Below are positions 11,601-24,500 of a stretch of DNA of 64,000 nucleotides, piece by piece. Numbering within the stretch: the first letter of the stretch is position 1; each line of letters opens with the position of its first letter. Both the position numbers and the translations under genes were made by a program. Origin of the DNA: Mobula hypostoma (taxonomy: Eukaryota); contig NC_086108.1 of the NCBI RefSeq assembly GCF_963921235.1, positions 79,982,001 to 80,046,000 of the forward strand, given 5' to 3'. Below the pieces are notes generated by a model that saw only the letters and a program-made list of their open reading frames with translations, had not been told where the DNA came from and made no database searches.

Positions 11601-14600
11601 TTCTCTACCAGCGAGTTTTATTTTAGAGCAAATAAAGCTAAAGAATATCTGGAATACAATGACAAGATAAACTAAGCAAAAACTGAAGAGAAGCACAGCT
11701 AAACTGAAAATGAATCACAATGATACACAAATTAATGGAGCCATAACTCACTATAAAAAATTATACACCAGAAATATTAATGCACCAATTAACTAGTAGC
11801 AGGTGAAGTAATTGTATTTGTGTGTACTAATATTTCACACTACACAGAATCACCCAGCAGAAGACAGGCATAACAATTTGCTGAAAAATAAATTATTGTA
11901 CAAAGGATTTTGATACCTGATGTAGCAAACTAATAGAATTGTGTTCCCACATTAGTGTTTCTTTAAAGATGGGATTAGTGTCCTTCAGTTTAAGACCTCA
12001 AACTCTGCTGCAATTAGGTGATGTTTTAATAAACCCATTTTCTTCAGCTAGCACTCTCCACCTGCACTTATCCAGGCTATGTGTCAGGCCCGATCAAATT
12101 AATTTTTCATTAAAGGTCTTTCCTCTAAATAATCAGATTACGCCTCACAAACAGAGCCCTGCGATCTCCAACACTGGCTGCCGCTCTAGATTGTGTCTCT
12201 CCCCCCTCCCCCATTGTGCTCATTCCACCTCCCACTCTCCGTGTAACAGCTCTCTTCTCAGCCACATTAAATCATTAATCTCTTCATCTGTAAAATATCC
12301 TTTTGTACGGTTTTCTCCCGTCACCACAAAGAGTGTCTTTTTTTTCTCTCCCTTTTCTTCTCATTTCAGTGCATTTCAATACCCGCTGCTGCCAGCTCAT
12401 CACCATTTGGGAGCCAAGCAGAAAACTGGACTCAAGAAAGCGGGATGGAAGAGGTTCCGACATAGACCCGACTCCCTCCTCCCCAGCCTGCCTCTTACCA
12501 CCTCGACAAGACCTAATAAATTCCTTCAGAACTGTCAGGTCTCCTTCAGCTACTGTACTAGATGTGGACGACAGAGTATAGGGAATTTGGGAGGGGAAGT
12601 TTGCTGGTGGGGTTAGAGGAATGAAAATGTGTGGTTCAATTTATCTTTATAACTTCTAACTTTTTGCTCGTGTGACTCAAGAAGATAACACAGTATAGGC
12701 AGCATGCCTAAGACATTTGCACAGTACTGTAGTAATTTAATGTATTGCACTGCACTGTACTGCTGCTACAAAAAATTCAACATTTCATAACATGTGAGTG
12801 ATGATAAACTTGATTCTGATATGGGTCTCTATTGTGGACTGACAGTGGGAAGGGGGCAGGGTGAGGAGAATCATAGTCAGGATAAGGCTCAAGGAGAGGG
12901 GAGTGGGAAGCACCAGAGAGACATTCTGTAATGATTAATAAACCAATTGTTTGGAATCAAATGACCTTGCCTGGTGTCTCAGGGCTGGGTGTGTCCGCAC
13001 CACACATCCCTGGCACTCCTTCTCTGCCACCTGTCTCACACCCTCCCGCTGCGCTCCACCCTCGCCACTCCCAACATCCTGTGCTCCTCCAGACTAACAA
13101 GCTCGCTCTCTGCTCCACCTTGACAAGTACAATACTGTGCAAAAGACTTAGGCACCCTGGCTATATATGTGTGCCTATGACTTTACTCCGTACTGTACAA
13201 ATGTTACTTTGATATATTATCAAATAATGGACACCAGGAAGTGACTATTAAGTACATAAATGCTGAAAAGCTTCCAAACTATCGTCAAGTAATTGAAGTC
13301 AGGGAACAATCTTGAAAATGTTTTTAATCATCTGTTTTCATTTAATAGTATATAGTAAGCTACACACTTGAAAGGAGTGTTTTATTGTGGCTGCAAGTGG
13401 CTGTCAACAGATGCAGACTGGTGGCAGATTTCAACTCCTTAATGTGCGATGATGTCTGCACAAGAGCAGCAACACCTTTGACATCACTGGCACAGATTTA
13501 AAGATCAGGGACAAAATAGGACAACAGGATAAGTCTGTGATTCTGCGAGGTTATAGAGACACAGGGGACTGAATTTAATGTCTTTTTTCCACAAGATGTG
13601 CAAGACTGCAAAGAATCTATAACACATGGCAGTAATATGCTATTGGTCATTAATAATCCAACTTATCGGTGTCAGCCATATGTCCGTAAGAAAAGTTCTA
13701 TTAAAGCGTTTTATCAGATACTTGTTAATCAAAGGACTCTGCTGTCATTTAATGATATCTCTTGAGTTTAAAAGTACTAGCTAAACTGAAAGCCGAGTTC
13801 CATGCAATGTAGCAATCGAAATGTTCTGTAATTATTGGCACTGCCTTATTTTCTTCAGTTCTTTTTTAAGTCTCCTTCAATAGATTTATCATAAACAAAG
13901 CCTACCAATGATTTTGACTCTCACAACCCCGACCTCCCCCAACTCTTCCAGTTGAAATGCGAGTGCACGGAACATCTCGAATAGAAGACGAGGAGAAAAA
14001 GTCCAATTCTGTCAGAATGACACTCCAATAATTCATGAGCAAGGGATCGCATGAAGCAGGCTCTTTCTGATTCCCACATACCAGCAACCCCTTCTACTGC
14101 AACCAAAGAGAGGCTCCTTTATCTCCTATTTCTTGCTTGACTGAGCCTGCTCAAGCCCTTTTGTTTTTGTATGTTTGAGAATAGATTGCCAGCCTTTGTT
14201 TTCCTTCTCTGTCTCTGTCTCTCTCTCTCTCTCTCTCTCTCCCACTCTCCTTCTCCTCTCTCTCTCTCCCACTCTCTCCTCTCTCTCACTCTCTCTCTTT
14301 CTCTCCCACTCTCCCTTCTCTCTCACTCACATATTTCAAACTGACTGAACTGAAGTGGAAGCTGACAGCACAAACAGGGTTTACTCGGCACTGAAGGCTG
14401 GGAAGGGGGTGGGGTGAGGTTGTTGGAAGAGATGAAATTGGCAAAGTTCTGTGGATCAGAGTGAGTGAGAGAACCAGCTTAAAAGACGCTAAACACTGAA
14501 AACGTCACACGTACATGGTAATTTAAATTTTTTTTAAAAATTAGAAAGAATAAGAGTCAGTGTCAGTTTAGCACTGACAGAGTAAACACAAAAAAAGCTG

Positions 14601-15550
14601 TGGAAAATCTTTCAAGGACGGAATGCTGTCAAGTGAGCTGATTTTAATCGAAAGAGGGTTTTTTTTCTTCTCAGGGGCATTTTTAAATAGAATGAATAAT
14701 GTGTACATTTTATTTGTTGGGCAACTTGCAGCAATAAGGTTCAGATTAGCATGAGAATAACTTCAGTTACCGTCTGTTGACAAAGAATTCCCAAGGGTCT
14801 CTCTGCTCTGCCTGACAAGTAACCACTTCGCAGAGGAAGAATGCAAGCTATTGTTCAGCCCCTCACCACTTCAATTCAGACCAAAAACTTGGGAGAAATG
14901 TCCAGTGTGTCATTTTTAGAGGACAGATCCCTAAAACCCCAGAAACATAATAATTAACACAGCCGTACTTACGGTAGGTAGGCAGAACCTCCTTGAAGCT
15001 TGGCACCATCCCAGAAGCAGTCCAAGGGAGTTAAAATAACACAGGGAAATAGCTTCTCAATCATCTAGGTGGTGGAGGCAAAGCAAGGGAACAAATTTGG
15101 TTACATTTTATCCTAAACAAGGCTAAAGAAGAAAATTGGAAACAAATGATTCCCTAATTTTATTTTCTGCTGATTTTCTTTAACTGAAACCCACTACTGA
15201 GTTGGATATTTTTGGTGAAGGGAATGTGGGTGCAATAAAGATATTACCAAGTCCACTATGCCAGTGCATGTACGTATGCACTGTTACCCAGGCCTTTTGT
15301 GGCACTATCACTTTATCAAATTTCTCAATAAGTTGCAATGTTACAGCTGAAAAAGTACCAGGGTACCAATGCAAACCTTAGCAGGTGAATGGTGAGGCTG
15401 AAGGTAAGAGGCGCCCTGACCGGCCCAATTTAGAACAGGGTGACTCATCTGAAGGAACACATTCCTAGGACAATGATAATCTTTCCATGAAGAAAGGGCC
15501 TCAGCCCGAAACATTTATAGATGCTGCCTGACCTGCTGAGTTTCTCCAGC

Positions 15551-15587
<37 letters not shown>

Positions 15588-18500
15588 CTGGATTTCTAGC
15601 ATCTGCTAAACCTCTTGTGCTTATGATCATCTTTCCATCCCTCGTCCAAAATTATCATCGTTCATGTGCAGTCCTTCCAACAGGCAATTCCGTCATAAGA
15701 TCCTTCAAAGTAGAACCTGATTGTGTCCTCACCGATGTTAACAAGAACGTGACACTCAGTAAGGGAGTATCAAGAGCACTACAGGCTGGCATTCCACATC
15801 TTAGTCCAGATATGTTAAAGTGAATTGAAGCATCATCACCAACACTCTGACTAACATCAGCTCAATCCAAATTAGCCAGAGACAGAGTTAGTGCCCTTCT
15901 TGATTAGAGAGGCTTGATAATGCACCCAGCAGCGTATTTACCTATCAGGGGAGTTTATTTTTGTTGGCAGAGTTATTTATATTCAGAGGAGCAAAAGAGT
16001 TAATAATTGAGTTTTCCACCTTTCTCTGTCAGGCTGGAAAGGAGCAGGTACCGAAGACACCTTGCAGCCTCTGCTCACCTCGTCTTCCCCACACACTGGT
16101 TTCCACTCAGGTCTGCAAGCTCCCACTCGTAACTTGCCCGAGTCCACCCATGTTGGCAACCAGACTGATGGCTCTTACGATGGTGTGGATCTCAGGCAGT
16201 CAACCAGAAAAATATAAATAAGGCCATTACGTTCCCTTGCATCACAACAAGAGAATTGGCAAATAAAAAGTACAACTGCAAAGAGGTAAAATCACTGACG
16301 GAAAGTTTCTTCCCTTAACTAGTCAATTCCTGGTCCATATGTTACTCTTAAATCAGGGGCATTCCCTAGAATAAAAAGATCCAGGTAGCAAAAACAAACG
16401 GTTTCCACTTCCATTAAGCATTTGATTTTTATGCATGCTGAATTTCACCCTCTAGTTTAAACTACAAATCAGAGAAGTAAAACAAACAGGGAGGAGGTAA
16501 GTAATGACAGAAATGAGCCATCTCTATTTAACAGTGAGTTTTGAGTTTAGTAGAAACTCTATGGCTGAGCATCAAATCTAAATGTAGCAGGCCACAATAA
16601 ATTTTGCTTCTCAATTAATCATTTAACTTGTATAGTTTAATGCTTTGCATTTACCGTCACAGTCCGGGCTACATTGATTTATAACTTGCTCTTGCGTGTC
16701 TGATTGGGGGGAGGGGGTATTGGTCAGGAGGGAGAACAGAAAACTGAGGAAATAACTAATGAAGGTGTGTGCCAAACATCTTCTTCCAGCCAGAGCTTAT
16801 AGAGGTTAGGTTGGCAGAAACCACACTGAACTCCAAAACCATTAGCCAGCTATAAATCAGGACAGCCTGTCATCAGCCTCCTGCCTCTGCATCTTGATCA
16901 TACTGGCTGGCTTTGAAATCCTGACAGCAACATGCAAGTTCCATTGAACACAATACCATAGTGTCATATCATGCCAGGATCTCCACATGGGAGCATTATA
17001 TTTTTTTAAAAGTGTGCATTGCTCCCATCATCAGATTAAATTAACTCTTTGGCCCTTCAGGAGATTACTGGCCTAAGGTGGGAACATGAAGGACAGGTCT
17101 GTTAACAAGGTACTTCGGTTAAATTTAGAGATTTATTTACATTGCTAATATTGTTAAGGCAGTAAATGTCTTCCAGAATGTTTCAGAGAACAGATCTAGA
17201 GTGCAGCTGATCTTGCCTAAATTGCCCAATCAGCATTTTTGGATGACTGCTATATTGACCTCAGCACCCTTGATTTAGAATAGTGATTGTAAACCCACAG
17301 TTTCAGTCCTGACCCATTGCATTACCTGGCGACCTCAACTGGAAGCACAGGTACGTGAGGAAATCTAGAAGATGGAAAAATCGAATTCCTTGGTAATTCC
17401 CCCGGTGATGATGACCCATTTTAATAATGACAAGATTGATTTATGAATCCTGGTGTTTTGGATAATGTACTCAGCAGAGAGACAACAGCATTACAGACGA
17501 GAAGGGGAAAAATGAGTGAGACTGTATGAAAGGTAAGTTACTAACCAATGTTTAGATAGTAAATGCAGGGACTGGTTGGTAAATCTTTTATCATTGACTC
17601 ACATTGATAATTCCAGCCTTCAATGATTAATTCTACTTTAATTACTATGTAAATATTGCTCTAACAGTTTGGATGCTGGGGTGCTTCTTTTTACTTGGGC
17701 TAACACTCCATTGTTTCCTCATCACTTTAAAATAACACTGATGATCTCAATCAGGGTGAAAGGATTTTTTACCTCAGCTTTAACCCATTCAGAGATTTAG
17801 CACACAACAAAAGCACTGTGCGCGTTTTTGAACTGGAGCTGAGAAAGCCATGAAACTGAAATTCAATGGTTCGTTGGATGTGATGCCAATTCAACGATTA
17901 CCAGACAAATTAAAAACAGAAAGTTTCAGAGAGTAAAGAATCACTCCCGAGATAGTAAAATATAACTTTTGCTGTACTCACTCGCTCGATCATTCCATTC
18001 TCAATAATAGGCACTCCAGATTTGTAACAGATTTTGTTTAAATCCCAGGACCTGAAAGAAAGGTTAAAGGCCAATGACCTGGTTAAACAGTACACTGACA
18101 GAGGCAGCAATGCTAATTACCGAGTGCATACACATACACATTTATTTACCGCTCTGCATGCCTGATCATGAAGAACTTCATTTAAATGTTTTGTAGATAA
18201 TATTTGCCCACTAGCCTTCGCCGCCCCCCCCCCAAACTAAAATCTAGGAAGCTAGACAAGCTGTCATTTGTTATTAGATAATGATCTGAAGCAAAACAGA
18301 GAGACTGAGAGGGAGGAATATCACTTCTTGCTATGAATCAGTCAGATGAAGCAATAAAAACTCAGGCCAGGCCATTTCCTATCTGTGGATCTCAAAATGG
18401 TTACAAGCTACCTTCATCATCAATGGTAGCAGTTAATGGGCGATATAAGTTTGATTGTCCCTATAAATGACAGATTTGGAGGAGGGGTGGGAGAAGCTTA

Positions 18501-21500
18501 AGCGCAGAAGGGCTGGAATGGATGGGGGAGCTTGTTTACAAGATTAACACTGCTGGCTTTAATAGCAGATAAGGTGGATTCAGACAGGGTCTATTTCAGC
18601 TCAATGAAGCTTACAGAAAGGATGATGTTACCTTGATATTGCTGCAGCAGGAAGGGTCCCAAATTTTACGACCACATACTCAAAAGCCTTGGGCATAATG
18701 GGATCTCCACGTGCTGATCTGGGTACTTGTACTATCCAGATAGGAAGATGAATGCTTTGGCAATACTTTAAAATGAGCTACCGCAGTTAAACCAGGCCAG
18801 CTGAGAGTCTGTTTCCCCTGGTTGTCTAAAACTCAAACCTTAGGTCAATAAGTGATAGTAATAGCATTCTTACTTTCCATAGAGCGAGACTTGTACTTTG
18901 CTGGCTGCCAGGGCAGCTTCCAGGTGTTGGAGCAATGCCTCCTGAGTAAGGATATTCTCCGCTTCATTCTTCGAGGTTTGAATCAGCATCTGTGTGGTGA
19001 AGATCGTCTCCTCGCCCAGTTTCTCCCGTGTGTATGTTAACTCTTGACTCACCCGGCTTCCCACTGCAGAGAAACATGGAAAGAACATTTAAAGTGCATT
19101 GTTAAACAGGGCATCTAACACGTAATTACTGTGACAATACACCTTAGGAACTTGTTCAGCAAGAGGTCTGATCAATCAGTTCTGTCGACAACCACCAATT
19201 CTGGTTTGTGGTATTTGCTACGATCAGCACGGTGTACTCATTATTAAAAAGTACTCTGTACTTTTGGAGCTGTGATTTAATTCAGTTTGAGCTAATGGAA
19301 GTCCCCTCTGTAAGAATCTTAAGCCAAATGATTTGAATGATAAGGCAATCTTGAATTAATTCCCAATAGGCAAGATTCAACCAAAGGGACAATCCCTCAC
19401 AGAGGTCATGCCAATGGGAAATGGAATACTGCGTAACTTGAAAACTTCTACTCAATTTGGAATTAAGGCACATTTTGTGGAAAGCTGTTTGAAGAATTTT
19501 ATCCTGCATTTATCTCAAGAGTTGATAAGTTAAATTCAGACACTCAAAGTGGGAAAAAAAATCCACTCCATAATGTTAATTATTTTTGTCTTTTTGAGTT
19601 TAAAATCCCTCTTCTTTAAATCATGCAAGTTTTAAATGATACCAGTGCCATTTAAAGTCTCGACAAGCTGATTTTACACAACGGCTGCTTATGCTCACAG
19701 TCTTGTAGCCCGGCCCACAGCTAGCAGCAGCACTTGCGGATTTCCAGTCTGAAATGACCTCTGGACATCTCCAGCTGACTCAGGGTAGGAGTTAAATCCC
19801 TTACGTCCAAGTGGTTCATTATTCAAATCATTCACTAAAAGCATTTCATTATATTTCTCTTTCATTTAATTTACCCTCAAAGATAAAATATTTCATTCGC
19901 TATCTTAAGTTTGAATATTTTAAAGCATTGTTCTTCCCTTCAGACACTCTTAAATATGCATAATAATAATAATCATAATAATAGGCATCCTTTAGTCTGG
20001 TGAGACCATGGATTTGCGCCTTGGAAGGTTTCCAGGTCGCAGGCCTGGGCAAGGTTGTATGGAAGACCGGCAGTTGCCTGTGCTGCAAGTCTCCCCTCTC
20101 AGTGACACCGATGTTGCCCAAGGGAAGGGCACTAGGGCCGATACAGCTTGGCACCGGTGTCGTCGCAGAGTAAGGTGTGGTCAAGTGCCTTGCTCAAGGG
20201 CACAACACGCTGCCTCAGCTGAGGGTCGAACTAGCGACCTTCAGATCACTAGACTGACGCCTTAACCACTTGGCCACGCGCCAACAATCATGATCAACAC
20301 ATACAGTATTAATAACTATCATACAGTTGTTTACACTATAGTTCACTTCCAGCTCAGTTGGTTCTTCCTTTCCTCTGGATCAATCAGAGAAAGTCAAATG
20401 AGATGGAAAAAGAAGGACAGGAAAAAGATAGATGAAGGGTTTTGGCCCGAAACATCGATTCTTTATTCGTTTCCGTAGATACTACCCGACCTGCTGAATT
20501 CATCCAAAATTTTGTATGTATTATTCTGGATTTCCAGCATCTGCAGTAACTCTTGTGTTTAGAATATTCAAATGCAATTTCCAGAAGAAGGAAAGAAGTA
20601 TTTGTCTTGTCCTAGATTTGTAGACTTGGACCAGTAACCTCCCACAGTGCATGATCTTTGCCAGACATGAGGTGATGCCCTTTACTGTTCTGTGTACCAG
20701 GTTTTCAAACCCAAGATATTAAATGGATGATCAAAAATTAAGCACAGTGTGCCTTTAAAACAAGAACAGTCCCAGCCTTGATTACAGTAATGGGCTGTCA
20801 CTTCACTCATAAAAATTTACACTGAGACAGTGCAGCCTCTCTTGGCCTGGAGTACATAATACATTTCCTGGCTTGTATGGTGCATGCCTCTCACTTTCAT
20901 TCCCCGATAACTAACCCAGTTCCCACTTCCCCACAGTACGGCTCCATTTCCTACATGCTTTAGTCGACAACACGTTCCAAATTGAAAGGCTGGCAGACGT
21001 CCAATGTGAGGTAAACCAGCATCATACAGCAAGACCACAAACAGGGAGCATTATAAAGCATTATTTTTAATATCCTGACAGATGCTGAGTTCCCTCCCCT
21101 TGCTGTGGGTAGTCAAACACCTCTGTCTGCTTGGTTCTTTTGATTGATACTTGTGCTACTAGGGGGTGGCAAGGCCTACTCAAAGAACATCTATGTCAAA
21201 GCCTAAACAAAACTTTCCATTTATAAAGCAGCATTCAGTTATTCTAGAGAAAAAAAAAGTCACTTTACTTTTTTTGAAGCAGATTTTTGAAGGTGTAATT
21301 GGAGGGACATTTCTAACGAGAGCTCATCAATCCAGCTCACCCCGTAGTGTGTTGTACTTGAAGGAAGAATAGGTCAGAGAGTTAATGCAGCCTTATCTCT
21401 ACTGCCTACTCCCTTTTGAGTAGGTCTTCCTGCACAAATTGCAGCATTAGCAGATTTATACTTTTATATTTTCCCCCATAAAGAGCAAACTTGCAGAGAC

Positions 21501-24500
21501 ATCAAATTGCAACTCAATTGCTGCTCTAATGCAGGAGTTGATACTGAAGCTCACTTTTGCAGTTTGTGATGTTACACAGAAGAGAATAAAACTTTAAATT
21601 CATCATAAGTTTCCCCTTTAAGGCCTAAAACCAAAACGCTATTACATTTTGTCCAATGCCTCGCAGCAAGAGTATATTAACAAGATGAATGGGTGGTTTT
21701 CTACACTAATATCCTTGAATATTTGCTAATGCTAGGATTTTGCTAGGCTCTGCATTGTCTGTCAAAGCAACTCAAATGCTCATAAATTCAGTACTCTGTC
21801 ACTTCATTAAAGACAGGGGAAAGAAAAGCTTTAAACTTGGACAAGTAATGTCACTTTTCAAAAGGCCAGCTTGCTTCTGAACCAGTGGCAAGTGTCCAAA
21901 TATTGCTTTGCAATTTCCTCACAGGGGAGCCATTCGACTTCAGCCACTGATTTCTCTCCATTGAAGAATCAGTGGGGTGTGGGGGGTGTGTGGAGCGTGG
22001 AATTGGATGGAGAGGCAATCTCAAAGGCAAAGGTTTTAGCAGATAGTTAGACACTAACTCTAGGCTAGAGCAGATCTGGTTCACCCCTTCATTTGGGGAG
22101 CCTATACGGCACTGAAGGAAATGAAAAGCCGTATCAAATAAATTTGTAGAAATGTTTGCTGAAATTAACTTGCAACTTTTAGTCGAAACAGAAATGAGTA
22201 TGAGCCATATCAAGCCCAATGAAATACAGACTATCTTATTGAAGCCTTTAGTGTGATGATGATCTGCATAAAGCCCATCTTAATTTTGTTGGAAGTGCTG
22301 GAAATAATGGATGCACCATGTTGCATTTCTGATCAAAAACAGTAACCAACTGGAAACAGAAACAGAGTAAAATCTTTTCCATTTCCAAATCAGCAATGTG
22401 ATTTAAAGTCCATAGCCTTTAAGTGTCCTCAAATTCCAGAATGTAATCCACCAAGCCAAACACAACAAAGCAAGAAAAATAACGTTCTGAAAAGCCACAC
22501 ATTAAAGGAGACAGTGTCGTTTGATGAGGCCCTGTGATGATAACAAACTTTTGATCCTTCTTTAACATAGCCAAAGCACCAAGTTTGTATGGAGTCATTT
22601 CCCAGTTAACACAGGCATTAACTGTCTATTGCACATTTGAAGAGTGACTGTGACACTCTCACCCTTTTAAGACCTCTTCATCAGGGAGCCTATTAAAGAT
22701 GAAAGCTCTAATTACTAACCTGCCTGTCTGTGAGGGGAAGAACATAGGCACATGAGAGTGTAAAATGGAGTTTGGATAGGAAACACTGTTTTCCTAACCT
22801 GGCTGCCATTTTCACACCTAGATTATCAGAACAGCGAAGCTCTCCCACAATAGATACATTGTTCAGCAATATCGGTAATTTAGAAATGCAAGTTGCCACT
22901 ACAGTAAACACTCTAGTATTAATGTATCAAAATTCTCACACAATTAGCAAAAATTGTTATTATCAAAATAAACTAAAATAGTGAAGATTATTTACAAAAG
23001 AACTATGTAAAGATTTTTTAGTTTATTTACATTTTTACATTAACACTGTGCAGTTATAGGCCAATTAGCAGCAACATAGAGAAACATAGATAAAGTGGAC
23101 AGAGAGTATCTGTTTCCCAGGGTTAAAATGTCTCATACCAGAGGACATGCAGTGAAGGTGAGGAGTAAGGTTTTTACTCAAAAGAATTGTGGGTGCCTGG
23201 AATACACTGTGGGTATGGCGGTCGGGGCAAATAAATCAGAGGCTTTTAAGAGACATTTGGATAGGTACATGGATATAAGGAGGATGGTTGGATATGGAAA
23301 TGGTGTAGGTAGGAGAGATTAGTGTCTGCATGTTTTTGATTTGCTTTTTAGTTGGTTTGGCACAACATTGTGGGCCGAATGGCCTGTTTCTGTGCTGTAC
23401 TCTTCTATATTCTACGTTTAACATCCTCTTTGAAGATTTAGGACTTGGTGTAATGGTCAGCACTGCAATTTGGTTGATTCATTTTTGAAGTGTAACACGT
23501 TGTTATTTAAAATGGTGACATATAGATGACATATAGTGACATCTCTCTTTCTCTCTGGCTATCCATCCCATAGGATGATGATGGTTCCTTTCAGTCAGTT
23601 AGTGGGGTTGACCCCTCTCCTCAGAAAGGAACAGCGTGTGCGTGAATGGATTTTAGGTGAGTAGGGGGTTGCACAGGTCCAGACCCACCCTCTCGACATC
23701 CCCTCTCTGATCCAGCGGCATGATGAGGTCCAAGACGGCTGGGGGAAGTTCTGTTGCAGTGAATGGCCAGACCAAGCTTCGATGCAGGGGATGCCCTTTC
23801 CGTGCTTCACGGCACTTGTTTGCTAGATGGCCGTTAACCTTACGAGAGGGTTCATCTGCCCTTTGACAGGTCTTGTTCTTCATCCTGCAGGGTGTCTAGC
23901 CACCCTCCTCACCAGGCAAGCTTGGTGGGGGAGCCAGTTTAGTCGCCAAGCACCCAACCATGCGACAGGTAGCACTGGGTTACATGGTACCAGTAGCACT
24001 CAGACGAGTGACCTGACTACAGTGACATATAGAGATGACATATAGTTCAATTTATCAGTTTAAAGTGCTAGCAACATGACCTACAGTAGTCTGAGCAATT
24101 CTCATGCAATCAGTATAATCATGTGACCTACAACCACCCTGAACCCACTCTCTCCCCATGGTTCAAAGCATACTGCATTAATAAAGCACAGGCCTGCTTT
24201 AAGTTTGCATTCTACAAAAGGAATTTCATTATCAATATCTCTATTTAACTTGGAAAAGTTGCCACAATCAGTATTTGGGTAGGTTGCCAACTGCAGTGTG
24301 ACTTCCATCTGCTAACATCTCAAACCCCACCACCACAGATAACCCCCCACACTCACAATTCATGTGCCCAAGGCTGGGAAGTTACACTCGGAGATCTGTG
24401 GCAACCGCACACATTGCACTCTCGCCGTTTCTTAGAACTCTATACTTAAAAGAAATTACATATGTCTTTGCCAAAGTTGGATAAAGTTAAAGTTTGTCTT

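Noticed and set aside
11939..12616. 225-aa plus-strand ORF
   Set aside because: TTG start, Ser/Leu/Pro-biased, no recognisable domain, antisense within an intron.
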